DNA of 64,000 nt from Nitrospirota bacterium (GTDB taxonomy: Bacteria > Nitrospirota > Thermodesulfovibrionia > Thermodesulfovibrionales > Dissulfurispiraceae). Every line of letters starts with the position of its first letter. Positions within the stretch are counted from its first letter, which is position 1. The notes under the pieces were generated by a model. It was not told the origin of the DNA and ran no database searches. It saw nothing but the letters and a program-made list of their open reading frames with translations. The position numbers and the translations under genes were made by a program. Below are positions 37,737-47,131 of the stretch, piece after piece. The DNA lies in contig JBFLWF010000002.1 in assembly GCA_040758355.1 (NCBI GenBank), positions 1-64,000 of the forward strand. Reading direction: 5' to 3'.

Positions 37737-38410
37737 TAAGGTGCGATTTCTAAAAAGAATCTCTGCGCATTCCCCGCTGCTTTGATAATGGTTGCTTTAT
37801 TGAGCGGCTCTGCTGTCCTATCCTCGATAATATTGCTTATACCTCTTATCTCTGCCACAGGAATACCTGATAATGCACATATATTGGCGATTGCAGCACC
37901 TTCCATATTTTCGCAAATTGCATTGAATCTTTTTTCTATCTCTTTCCCCTTTTCCAATGTGCCAGTGCATGTTGACACAGTAACAAAGTTACCCTTTACC
38001 ATGGAGTTACTCAATTTTTCTGGAACGAACATGGGAAAATCGTTTTCAGTATATCCGAGAATCTCTTTTATGGTGAAAAAGCCATTCTTCGCCATTAATC
38101 CTTCGTCGCCGTAAATCTCTTTTTTCGCAATGACTACATCTCCGATTTTTAATCCCGATGACGGATATGCTCCTGCAATGCCGATGTTCCACACAAAATC
38201 GGGCTTGAATCTTTCTATTAGGAGTGCTGTCCCGTGAGCGGCGTTAGTCTTGCCTATACCGCATATGCAAATAACTGCATGAATATTTTTACCTAACGAA
38301 CCTTTATAGAAGTACTTTCCCTGTATAGAGATCTCTTCTTTTTCTGAAAGCTGTTTTATGACTAAATCAGCTTCTATTTGTGTTGATGCAATAATTCCTG
38401 AGAGCATCAA
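37736..38410 (-). CDS. mqnB: Futalosine hydrolase (MTA/SAH nucleosidase family)
   Basis: GIGKTNAA, GIAGAY, TVSTCTG, ENMEGAA, EIRGISN.IEDR. Confidence 0.85.
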   Translation of the reverse strand: MMLSGIIASTQIEADLVIKQLSEKEEISIQGKYFYKGSLGKNIHAVICICGIGKTNAAHGTALLIERFKPDFVWNIGIAGAYPSSGLKIGDVVIAKKEIYGDEGLMAKNGFFTIKEILGYTENDFPMFVPEKLSNSMVKGNFVTVSTCTGTLEKGKEIEKRFNAICENMEGAAIANICALSGIPVAEIRGISNIIEDRTAEPLNKATIIKAAGNAQRFFLEIAP

Positions 38411-38892
38411 TCGCTTATCTCTTTTGCCGGCTCTTTTTCTTCGAGGATGTATTTCACCTTTACATCCATATCCTTCCTCAGAGAGTTATAAACAGAGCAG
38501 TACTTTTTGTGGGAAAGCGATATTGCACGCTCAACCTTTTTGTGGTCTAAGTTTTTCCCTGCAATGTTTAATATCATCTCAACTGCCTTGAAATATTGTG
38601 GAGGGGTTGGATTTCTCTCTCCAATAATATCCATCTTAAAATTGGCTATTTCTGCCTTCATCTTTTGAAGGAACATCACCACATCGATTCCCATGCACCC
38701 TGCAAGGCTCAGGAGTAATGCGTCTGTTGGTTTGCATCCCCACTGCACATGGGCATCGAACTCTATCTCATATCCCTCATTGGTTCTGCCTACAAATATA
38801 AGATCTCTATCCCACGATAATGTGGCTTTTACAACCGGACTGATCTTTTCTTTATATCCTTTCAGGGATTCTTCGAGTTTTTCCTCTGACAT
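38407..38892 (-). CDS. OsmC/YhfA family protein
   Basis: P..LLLSLAGCMGIDV and LS..KYCSV. Confidence 0.9.
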   Translation of the reverse strand: MSEEKLEESLKGYKEKISPVVKATLSWDRDLIFVGRTNEGYEIEFDAHVQWGCKPTDALLLSLAGCMGIDVVMFLQKMKAEIANFKMDIIGERNPTPPQYFKAVEMILNIAGKNLDHKKVERAISLSHKKYCSVYNSLRKDMDVKVKYILEEKEPAKEISD

Positions 38893-39046
38893 CTTAAAAT
38901 CCTCCTCCGATATAATTTCATGGATTTTATTTAAACCGGCAATACGTAGTCAAGATGCACTTTAATTCCTTAATGTTCTATGATAAATTATCACATCTGC
39001 TTTTACGGAAAATAATAACATTACACATATATTGCGGAGGGGAGAG

Positions 39047-39370
39047 ATGAAGATTTTGGCAGGCCGGATTTTGACTATAGTGCTGATAATGTTTTTTCTT
39101 GTTGGTGTTGCTACGGCGGTTCCGATTGGAAGGGTTCTGGAATGGAAGACAGGAATAAGCACGGTTGTTTTCGACGGCGGCATCCATGCTCAAAAAGGTT
39201 TTAAGTGCAGCGACTGCCATCCCGACCCGTTCATGATGAAAAAGGGATATGCAAAAATGAAGATGGTTGAGATCATTAAGGGGAAATACTGCGGCAAATG
39301 CCATGACGGCGAAAAGGCATTTGCTTCAAATAAGGCAGAATTTTGTGCACGGTGCCATAAGAAGATGTAA
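39047..39370 (+). CDS. Periplasmic c7-type triheme cytochrome c
   Basis: Signal peptide; three CxxCH (CSDCH, CGKCH, CARCH), GKYCGKCHDG..AF motif. Confidence 0.88.
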   Translation: MKILAGRILTIVLIMFFLVGVATAVPIGRVLEWKTGISTVVFDGGIHAQKGFKCSDCHPDPFMMKKGYAKMKMVEIIKGKYCGKCHDGEKAFASNKAEFCARCHKKM

Positions 39371-39395
39371 TTAAAAGGAGCAGGCAGGCGATAAA

Positions 39396-40934
39396 ATGCA
39401 AACCATCGATACAGATTTCCTTGTCATCGGCAGCGGCGTTGCAGGGCTCAGGGCAGCTATAGAGCTTGCCCGGCACGGCAGGGTTACTGTTGTCACTAAA
39501 GACATCCCCACAGAAAGCAGCACAGAGTATGCACAGGGAGGGGTAGCAGTTGCATTAAGCGATGAAGACGAAGTAGGCATTCACTTCGAAGACACCATAA
39601 AGGCAGGCGACGGCCTCTGCAGGGAAAATGCAGTGAAGGTGCTTGTGGAAGAAGGGCCTGCAAGAATCCTTGAGCTTATAGAGTGGGGCGCGGAGTTCGA
39701 CAAGGAAGGGACAAAGCTTTCCTTTACCATAGAGGCAGCCCATTCAAGGAGGAGGATACTCCATGCCCACGGAGACTCAACAGGCAAGGAACTGGAAAGG
39801 GTGCTCATAAATAAGGTCAAAACATTCAAAAATATACAGAGACTTCAATTTTGCACGTCAATCGACCTCATTGTTGAAGATGAAAGATGTCTCGGGACAT
39901 ATGCGTTAAAAGACGGCGATATTATTGCTGTTCATGCGAAGGCAACATTGCTGGCAACAGGCGGCGCAGGGCAGGTGTTTTCGAGGACAACAAATCCTGC
40001 TGTTGCGACTGGTGACGGCATGGCCATTGCGTACAGGGCAGGAGCTATTCTCGAGGATATGGAGTTTGTGCAGTTTCATCCCACCGTGCTCTTTGCACCG
40101 GCTGCCCCGCAGTTTCTATTGAGCGAGGCAATGAGGGGAGAAGGAGCAATTCTGAGAAATATATTTAAAGAGCCGTTTATGAAGAACTATCATCCTGATG
40201 CAGAGCTTGCACCGAGGGATGTAGTCTCAAGGGCGATTATATCGGAGATGGTGAGGACAAACAGCAGCAATGTATATCTCGATCTCACGCATCGGGATTC
40301 GGAATTTGTTAAGAAAAGATTTCCGAGGATTTATTCCACATGCCTTCAGTATGACCTGAACATAACAAGGGAATTGATACCTGTATCGCCTGCAGCTCAT
40401 TACATGATGGGAGGTGTAAAAACAGACCTCAATGGTGCAACGAATATAGATGGCTTGTATGCAGCAGGAGAGGTTGCATGTACAGGTGTTCACGGCGCCA
40501 ACAGGCTTGCAAGCAACAGCCTCCTTGAAGGGCTTGTGTATGGGTACAGGGCAGGAGTTGCCGCTGCGCAGCAAGGAGGTCAAGGGCCAAGGGTCAAGGG
40601 TCAAGAAAGAAAAACCTCTGATATATCCGCGCCTGATTTTGATCTGGAAGAGGTGAGGACATCACTCAGAAGACTCATGTGGGAAAAGGTCGGGATAATA
40701 AGGTGCGGCGTTTCTCTTAATGAAGCAATGGAGAAATTATCGGAGTGGAAGCATATACTCGAAATGGATTTTAATACGAGGCGCGGGCTTGAGTTAAAGA
40801 ACATGCTTACCGTGGGATTTTTGATAACCGGGACAGCATTGGAGAGGAAAGGCAGTGTCGGTGCTCATTACAGATCTGACTTTAAAGAGCGAGGCGAAAA
40901 CTGGCAGAGGCATATAAGTGTGAGCAGGGAATAA
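39396..40934 (+). CDS. nadB: L-aspartate oxidase
   Basis: GSGVAG, AQGG, EAAHS, QFHPT, SEAMRGEG, HGANRLASNSLLE; (GGTCAAG)x4 array at 40578-40605. Confidence 0.95.
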   Translation: MQTIDTDFLVIGSGVAGLRAAIELARHGRVTVVTKDIPTESSTEYAQGGVAVALSDEDEVGIHFEDTIKAGDGLCRENAVKVLVEEGPARILELIEWGAEFDKEGTKLSFTIEAAHSRRRILHAHGDSTGKELERVLINKVKTFKNIQRLQFCTSIDLIVEDERCLGTYALKDGDIIAVHAKATLLATGGAGQVFSRTTNPAVATGDGMAIAYRAGAILEDMEFVQFHPTVLFAPAAPQFLLSEAMRGEGAILRNIFKEPFMKNYHPDAELAPRDVVSRAIISEMVRTNSSNVYLDLTHRDSEFVKKRFPRIYSTCLQYDLNITRELIPVSPAAHYMMGGVKTDLNGATNIDGLYAAGEVACTGVHGANRLASNSLLEGLVYGYRAGVAAAQQGGQGPRVKGQERKTSDISAPDFDLEEVRTSLRRLMWEKVGIIRCGVSLNEAMEKLSEWKHILEMDFNTRRGLELKNMLTVGFLITGTALERKGSVGAHYRSDFKERGENWQRHISVSRE

Positions 40935-41002
40935 ATACAATTAACTGAACCGCTGACTTTTTGTGATATACTGTATAAAGTAAGTTGGTTGGAGGGTTTT
41001 GT

Positions 41003-41254
41003 ATGTTAACAGAATATATTGAAGAGGCCCTAAAAAGGGCTCGTTATGAGATTATAGACGACGAAGAGCCTTATTACGGGGAAATAGACGAACTTAAAGG
41101 TGTATGGGCTTCAGGGAAGACCCTTGAAGAATGCAGAAATAATCTTAAAGAAGTTGTAGAGGGCTGGATACTTTTGAGTATTAAAAGGGGGCTTCCAATT
41201 CCGCCTTTAGGAAAAGTCGAAATAAAAGAAATACCCGAAGAAGCCCTTGCTTAG
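41003..41254 (+). CDS. hicB: HicB family antitoxin
   Basis: YYGEI..L.GV.A.G.TLEEC..NL.E; ATG 41003. Confidence 0.88.
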   Translation: MLTEYIEEALKRARYEIIDDEEPYYGEIDELKGVWASGKTLEECRNNLKEVVEGWILLSIKRGLPIPPLGKVEIKEIPEEALA

Positions 41255-41479
41255 ATGTCTAAACTGAAGCCTGTCTATCATAATGAACTTATAAAAAGAC
41301 TCAGAGAACTCGGGTTTAAAGGCCCATTCAGCGGCGGTAAACATCTATACATGATTAAAGATACTTTAAGACTTACCATTCCCAATCCACATAAACAGGT
41401 CATCGGAATTGATCTTTTAACAAGAATCCTCAAGCAGGCGGGCATTGCAAGAAATGAATGGATAAGAGAAGAAGAGTAA
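41255..41479 (+). CDS. hicA: HicA family toxin
   Basis: L..LGF.GP.SGGKH..M....LTIPNPH....LL.RILKQAG. Confidence 0.9.
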   Translation: MSKLKPVYHNELIKRLRELGFKGPFSGGKHLYMIKDTLRLTIPNPHKQVIGIDLLTRILKQAGIARNEWIREEE

Positions 41480-41501
41480 AAAACTCTCTCGGAGTGATTA
41501 T

Positions 41502-42911
41502 ATGAGAAAAGCAAAAATCGTCTGCACGATAGGCCCTGCATCCGGCAGCAGGAAGGTAATCAGCGAATTGATTAAAAGCGGCATGGATGTTGCCCGCTTG
41601 AACTTTTCCCACGGAGATCATGAAACCCATCAAAAAGTTGCATCCATTGTCCGTGAGGAATCATCAAAACAGAACAGAATCGTATCTATCCTTCAGGATT
41701 TGCAGGGCATAAAGATAAGGCTGGGCGATATAGAGGGCGGGGGTATGACTCTGAAAACAGGAGATGAGGTCTTTCTCCGTCCGGGAAAGGAAACAAGCGA
41801 TAAAAAGAATTTGTTCATTACTTATCCAGCTCTGTTAAAGGATGTGAAGGCCGGCGACAGGATACTCATAGATGACGGACTCATAAAGCTCGGTGTGGCA
41901 GGCAGGGCAAGGGATGCCTTATTTGCAAAGGTTCTGGAGGGAGGGGCAGTAAAATCGAGGAAGGGCGTTAACCTGCCGACTTCAAAGACAACACTGCCTG
42001 CATTTACAGAAAAGGACAGGAGAGACCTCGAATTCGGACTTAAGATGTGTGTCGATTATGTTGCAATATCATTTGTGAGAACGGCAGAGGATATAAAGCT
42101 TGTACTGGATTGGGCAAAAAGGAAGGGAGTAAAGCTGCCACCCATAATAGCCAAGATAGAAAAACCGGAGGCTCTGGATAATATCAACGAGATTATGGAC
42201 ATGGTTGACGGTATCATGGTTGCGAGGGGTGACCTCGGCGTGGAAATGCCCACAGAGAAGGTCCCCATGATCCAGAAGATGCTCATAGACCTTGCAAACA
42301 AAAAGGGCAAGCTCGTCATAACAGCCACGCAGATGCTTGAGTCCATGACGCAGCATACACGGCCCACAAGGGCTGAGGCAACGGATGTTGCAAATGCTGT
42401 TTTAGACGGCACGGATGCATTGATGCTTTCAGCAGAAACAACAGTTGGTAAGTACCCTGTTGAGTCTGTGAGGATGATGGATATGATAATAAAATACACA
42501 GAGGCAAGTTTCACACGCAGGGCTGTGTCTCCATATGAGATAGGAAATACATTTCCTGAGGCCATTGCCGATAGTGCGTGCGAAGCTGCACACGATATCG
42601 GTGCAAAGGCTATTGTTGTTTTTACCGGTTCCGGATTTACCGCAAAATTAATCTCAAAACTCAGGCCGGATGTGCCAGTAATAGCCTTTACTCCGGATGA
42701 AACGGTTTTGAGGAGAATTTCGCTTTATTGGGGGACATCTGCAAAATTGATAAGGCGCAGCGATATGGAAATCCTCGATGCGAAGTTTATGTCAGAGATA
42801 GAAAAATCCCTGATAAAGGAGCGATTGGTCAAAAAAGGCGACAGCATTGTATTCGTCGCAAGCTCTCCATTTTTAGGCAAGCCGAATATCATAAGGCTGC
42901 ACAGGCTTTAA
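41502..42911 (+). CDS. pyk: Pyruvate kinase
   Basis: KIVCTIGPA, RLNFSHG, AKIE, MVARGDLGVE, ATQMLESM. Confidence 0.97.
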   Translation: MRKAKIVCTIGPASGSRKVISELIKSGMDVARLNFSHGDHETHQKVASIVREESSKQNRIVSILQDLQGIKIRLGDIEGGGMTLKTGDEVFLRPGKETSDKKNLFITYPALLKDVKAGDRILIDDGLIKLGVAGRARDALFAKVLEGGAVKSRKGVNLPTSKTTLPAFTEKDRRDLEFGLKMCVDYVAISFVRTAEDIKLVLDWAKRKGVKLPPIIAKIEKPEALDNINEIMDMVDGIMVARGDLGVEMPTEKVPMIQKMLIDLANKKGKLVITATQMLESMTQHTRPTRAEATDVANAVLDGTDALMLSAETTVGKYPVESVRMMDMIIKYTEASFTRRAVSPYEIGNTFPEAIADSACEAAHDIGAKAIVVFTGSGFTAKLISKLRPDVPVIAFTPDETVLRRISLYWGTSAKLIRRSDMEILDAKFMSEIEKSLIKERLVKKGDSIVFVASSPFLGKPNIIRLHRL

Positions 42912-42952
42912 GCATTGAAAAATCAGCATATATTGCTGTATCATTAAAAACT

Positions 42953-44056
42953 ATGTCCGAGAACAAAGAGATAAACGCCAGCCTCGAAAAACTCAGGGAA
43001 GAGATAGACGGAATCGATGCGGGTATACTCGAGCTTTTAAATAAAAGGGCTAATATAGCCATAGATATAGCCAATATAAAGAGAAAGGCAAGCCTCAAAT
43101 TTTATTCCCCTGAACGCGAGAGGGCAATCCTTGAGCGCATCACTGAATTAAATAAGGGACCGTTCCCCAACGATGCATTGAAGGTCATTTTCAGGGAAAT
43201 AATGTCGGCATCGCTCTCCCTCGAAGAACCCCTCAAAGTGGCATACCTCGGGCCCGAAGGGACATTTACCAACCTTGCTGCAATGAGGCATTTTGGTTCT
43301 TCTGCCAGGTATATCCCTGTTGACAGCATAAAGGCTGTGTTTGACGAGACAGAGAGCGGGATGGTGAATTATGGAGTCGTTCCCATCGAAAACTCAAATG
43401 AAGGCGTTGTCAGCTATACCCTCGACATGTTCATGGATTATGACCTGAAGATATCGGCAGAAGTGCTTCTGGAGGTTTCGCACAACCTCCTGTCAAAAAG
43501 CGGTGAAAGGGAAAAGGTGAAAAAGATATATTCACATCCACAGGCTACTGCCCAGTGCAGGGTTTGGCTTGAGGCAAGTATGCCAAACATCCCGATACTC
43601 GAATCCACGAGCACTGCGAGGGCAGCAGAGATTGCTTCGCAGGACGAAGAGGCCGCTGCTATTGCGAGCGAGCTTGCTTCAAGGGTCTATGACCTGCAGT
43701 TTGTGGAGAGGCATATAGAGGACAATAAAAACAACTATACAAGGTTTCTGGTGATATCAAAGGATTACCCTTCAAAATCGGGTAAGGATAAGACATCCAT
43801 ACTGTTTTCTGTGAAGGACAGGCCCGGGGCCCTTTATGATGTGCTGCTTCCATTCAGAAAATCGAAGATAAACCTCACGAAAATAGAATCGAGGCCTTCA
43901 AAGAGGAGGGCATGGGAGTACATCTTCTTTGTTGATATGGAAGGCCATATGGAAGACAAGAAGGTCAGAAAGGCAGTAGAAGGAATAAAGGAGATATGCC
44001 TTTATTTAAAACACCTCGGTTCGTATCCCATCGACGAGAGAACCGAGAGGGAATAG
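42953..44056 (+). CDS. pheA: Chorismate mutase / prephenate dehydratase
   Basis: LREEIDGID (CM domain), LGPEGTFT, PIENS, NYTRF, ESRP; ATG 42953. Confidence 0.95.
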   Translation: MSENKEINASLEKLREEIDGIDAGILELLNKRANIAIDIANIKRKASLKFYSPERERAILERITELNKGPFPNDALKVIFREIMSASLSLEEPLKVAYLGPEGTFTNLAAMRHFGSSARYIPVDSIKAVFDETESGMVNYGVVPIENSNEGVVSYTLDMFMDYDLKISAEVLLEVSHNLLSKSGEREKVKKIYSHPQATAQCRVWLEASMPNIPILESTSTARAAEIASQDEEAAAIASELASRVYDLQFVERHIEDNKNNYTRFLVISKDYPSKSGKDKTSILFSVKDRPGALYDVLLPFRKSKINLTKIESRPSKRRAWEYIFFVDMEGHMEDKKVRKAVEGIKEICLYLKHLGSYPIDERTERE

Positions 44057-44060
44057 CATT

Positions 44061-45191
44061 GTGCCAAAAAATAAGCCAAAGAATAAGCCAAAAAATAAGA
44101 TAATGCCTCTGGAGTATGTATCCGCGATAAAGCCTTATGTGCCCGGAAAGCCTGTTAAGGAGCTTGAGCGTGAACTTGGTATAAAGGACAGCATAAAGCT
44201 TGCATCCAACGAGAATCCTCTCGGCCCGTCTCAAAAGGCACTAAAGGCATTGCGGGACTTCCTTCACAACGGCAGCGAGCTGAGCCGTTATCCTGACGGA
44301 GAAGGTTATTACCTGAAAAGCGCCATTTCCGAAAAACTAAGTGCAGGGACGGACGAGATAATTCTTGGCAACGGCTCCAATGAGCTGATAGATATAGCTG
44401 TCAGGACATTTATGGGGACTGGGGATGAGGCTATTATGGCAGCGCCGTCGTTTGTTGTCTATTCCATGGCGACAAGTTCTGTTGGGGCTAAATCATTGGA
44501 GATACCTCTTACAGATTACAGGCATGATCTGGCGGCAATGGCTGATGCGATTACAGAGAAGACAAAGATTGTCTTTATCGCAAACCCAAACAATCCAACA
44601 GGCACAATAAATAAAAGGGACGAATTCGAGAGGTTTATGGATAAGGTTCCCGATGGTGTGCTTGTTATTATCGATGAGGCATACTACGAGTATGTGGCGG
44701 ATTCCGAATATCCCGATACCATTAAATATTTTATGGATGGAAGGGATATCCTTATTCTCAGGACATTCTCAAAGGCTTATGGACTTGCAGGGCTGAGAAT
44801 AGGCTACGGCATGGCCAGAAAAGATATAGCAGCAGAGATGAACAAGATCAGGAATCCCTTTAACGCAAATACACTGGCGCAACTGGCTGCAATGAATGCA
44901 TTAACGGATGACGAGCATCTGAGAAAATCGGTTGAAATTAATGGGCAAGGAAAGGAATTCCTCTATAGGGAGCTTGATTCCATGGGAATCACGTATGTTC
45001 CTACAGAGGCGAATTTTATATACATGCCCTTGCATGTGGAATCAAAGATCATGTATGACGCCCTTTTGAGAATGGGCGTGATTGTAAGACCTGTGGGGCC
45101 GAGGGAAATAAGGGTTACCATAGGACTGCCCGAGGAAAACAAGCGCTTCATTGAAGCATTAAAAATAGTCATAAAATCGTTGAGTAATTAA
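44061..45191 (+). CDS. hisC: Histidinol-phosphate aminotransferase
   Basis: KLASNENP, NPNNPTG, DEAY, RTFSKAYGLAGLRIG; start could be ATG 44103 after a 12-bp x3 repeat. Confidence 0.93.
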   Translation: MPKNKPKNKPKNKIMPLEYVSAIKPYVPGKPVKELERELGIKDSIKLASNENPLGPSQKALKALRDFLHNGSELSRYPDGEGYYLKSAISEKLSAGTDEIILGNGSNELIDIAVRTFMGTGDEAIMAAPSFVVYSMATSSVGAKSLEIPLTDYRHDLAAMADAITEKTKIVFIANPNNPTGTINKRDEFERFMDKVPDGVLVIIDEAYYEYVADSEYPDTIKYFMDGRDILILRTFSKAYGLAGLRIGYGMARKDIAAEMNKIRNPFNANTLAQLAAMNALTDDEHLRKSVEINGQGKEFLYRELDSMGITYVPTEANFIYMPLHVESKIMYDALLRMGVIVRPVGPREIRVTIGLPEENKRFIEALKIVIKSLSN

Positions 45192-45209
45192 ATAATAGAG
45201 GAGGAAGTT

Positions 45210-46235
45210 ATGGATATCATAGTGCTGAGCCCGGATACGCCTGAAGAGGATGTAAGGCATGTCCTTAAAAAGCTTGAGAGCAAAGGACTGAAGGCAACCG
45301 TATCCCAAGGGACAGAGAGGACTATCATCGGCGTAATTGGAGATACATCAAAGGTTACGGAAGAGGAAGAAGATGCCATCCGCGCAATGACCGGCGTTGA
45401 GAATGTGGTGAGGATTCTCAAGCCTTACAAGCTCGCAAGCCGTGAATTCAAGAAGGAAAATTCAGAGATAAATGTGAGGGGAAATATTATCGGAGGCAAA
45501 AAGATTCCTGTGATGGCAGGGCCTTGCGCCGTGGAGAATAAGACCATACTCATGAACATAGCAGAGAAGGTGAAAGATGGCGGGGCAACATTCCTCAGAG
45601 GCGGGGCTTATAAGCCGAGGACGTCTCCATACTCATTCCAGGGGCTCGGTGAGGAGGGTCTAAGATACCTCGCAGAGGCAAGGGAAAGGACAGGGCTCCC
45701 CATCATTACAGAAATAATGGACCCGAGGGATATGGATGTAATCGTTGAGTATGCGGACATCATTCAGATAGGCGCAAGGAACATGCAGAACTTTAGACTG
45801 CTTCTCGAAGTCGGCTCTGTTGACAAGCCCGTACTCCTTAAGCGCGGGCTTTCCGCAACCATAAAGGAATGGCTTATGTCCGCAGAATACATAATGTCCA
45901 GGGGAAACCAGGATGTCATGCTGTGCGAAAGGGGCATAAGGACATTCGAGACAGCAACAAGGAATACCCTCGACCTCAGCGCAGTGCCTGTACTTAAGAA
46001 GCTGACCCATCTCCCTGTAGTAGTTGATCCGAGCCATGGCGTCGGCAAATGGGATCTGGTTGCGCCGATGGCAAAGGCTGCAGTTGCAGCAGGCGCAGAT
46101 GCGCTTATTATAGAGGTTCACTCAAATCCTGAAGAGGCGCTTTCCGACGGCGAACAGTCATTAAAGCCTGATATGTTTGTACAGCTTATGAAGGAGCTCA
46201 AGCCCATAGCACAGGCAGTTGGAAGGGAAATGTAA
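45210..46235 (+). CDS. aroF: DAHP synthase (type I-beta)
   Basis: [35 protein letters not shown]. Confidence 0.95.
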   Translation: MDIIVLSPDTPEEDVRHVLKKLESKGLKATVSQGTERTIIGVIGDTSKVTEEEEDAIRAMTGVENVVRILKPYKLASREFKKENSEINVRGNIIGGKKIPVMAGPCAVENKTILMNIAEKVKDGGATFLRGGAYKPRTSPYSFQGLGEEGLRYLAEARERTGLPIITEIMDPRDMDVIVEYADIIQIGARNMQNFRLLLEVGSVDKPVLLKRGLSATIKEWLMSAEYIMSRGNQDVMLCERGIRTFETATRNTLDLSAVPVLKKLTHLPVVVDPSHGVGKWDLVAPMAKAAVAAGADALIIEVHSNPEEALSDGEQSLKPDMFVQLMKELKPIAQAVGREM

Positions 46236-46239
46236 AGAC

Positions 46240-46274
46240 AGTGAAAAGTGGATAGTGAATAGTGAATAGTGAAA
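46240..46274 (+). repeat. 7-nt array (AGTGAAT)x5 overlapping the tyrA start
   Basis: agtgaaa agtggat agtgaat agtgaat agtgaaa. Confidence 0.85.
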
Positions 46275-47128
46275 AAAATATATTTTTTAATAAAGTATCC
46301 ATCATCGGCGTTGGCCTCCTTGGCGCATCTTTTGCCCTTGCATTAAGAGAAAAAGGTTTATGCAAAACTATAATTGGCTATGGCAGGAGCGAGGAGAATC
46401 TAAAAAGGGCAAAGGAAAGGGGGATAATAGACGACTACAGCCTTGATGTGAGGAAGGCCTGCGAAGATTCCGACCTTATACTCCTTTCGACACCTGTCGG
46501 CGCATTCAGAGAGATTGCCGAAAGGATAAAAGATACTTTAAAGCAAGACGCCCTCATAACAGACGTGGGAAGCGTAAAAGGCAGACTCGTCCATGAATTA
46601 GAGTCATTAATGCCGGATAGGGCGCATTATATCGGCTCGCATCCCATAGCAGGCAGCGACAAACCAGGCATTGACGATGCGAGGGCTGATTTATTTAATA
46701 ATGCAAGGTGTATTGTTACGCCTACCGAAAAATCAGATGAACCGGCTAAAGAAAAAATCATATCGCTATGGGAGGCAGTCGGCGCAAAAGTAGAGGTGAT
46801 TGACCCGTTTACTCATGATGAGATATATGCGGCAGTAAGCCACTTCCCGCATATTATTGCCTACTCCATCGTGAATACAGTCGGAGACGTCGATTCAAAG
46901 TATATAGGATACGCCGGAAAGGGTTTTAAAGACACAACGAGGATTGCCCTCAGTTCTCCAGAGATGTGGAGGGACATATCCATATTCAATAAAGAGAATC
47001 TCATCAGGATGATGGATGTTTTCAGGGAAAACCTCGATAAGATAACAAAATGCCTCATGGAAAATAATGCCTCCGGGATCGAAGAGGAGTTTTTAAGGGC
47101 ACAGACATTAAGGAAAAAGCTGAAATAG
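46262..47128 (+). CDS. tyrA: Prephenate dehydrogenase
   Basis: GVGLLG, DVGSVK, HPIAG, HD..A.VSH.PH, DTTRIA.S.PEMW. Confidence 0.95.
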   Translation: MNSEKNIFFNKVSIIGVGLLGASFALALREKGLCKTIIGYGRSEENLKRAKERGIIDDYSLDVRKACEDSDLILLSTPVGAFREIAERIKDTLKQDALITDVGSVKGRLVHELESLMPDRAHYIGSHPIAGSDKPGIDDARADLFNNARCIVTPTEKSDEPAKEKIISLWEAVGAKVEVIDPFTHDEIYAAVSHFPHIIAYSIVNTVGDVDSKYIGYAGKGFKDTTRIALSSPEMWRDISIFNKENLIRMMDVFRENLDKITKCLMENNASGIEEEFLRAQTLRKKLK

Positions 47129-47131
47129 TGA

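Noticed and set aside
42728..42952. 75-aa N-terminal extension of PheA in the ORF track
   Set aside because: Overlaps pyk in another frame; the chorismate mutase domain starts after ATG 42953.
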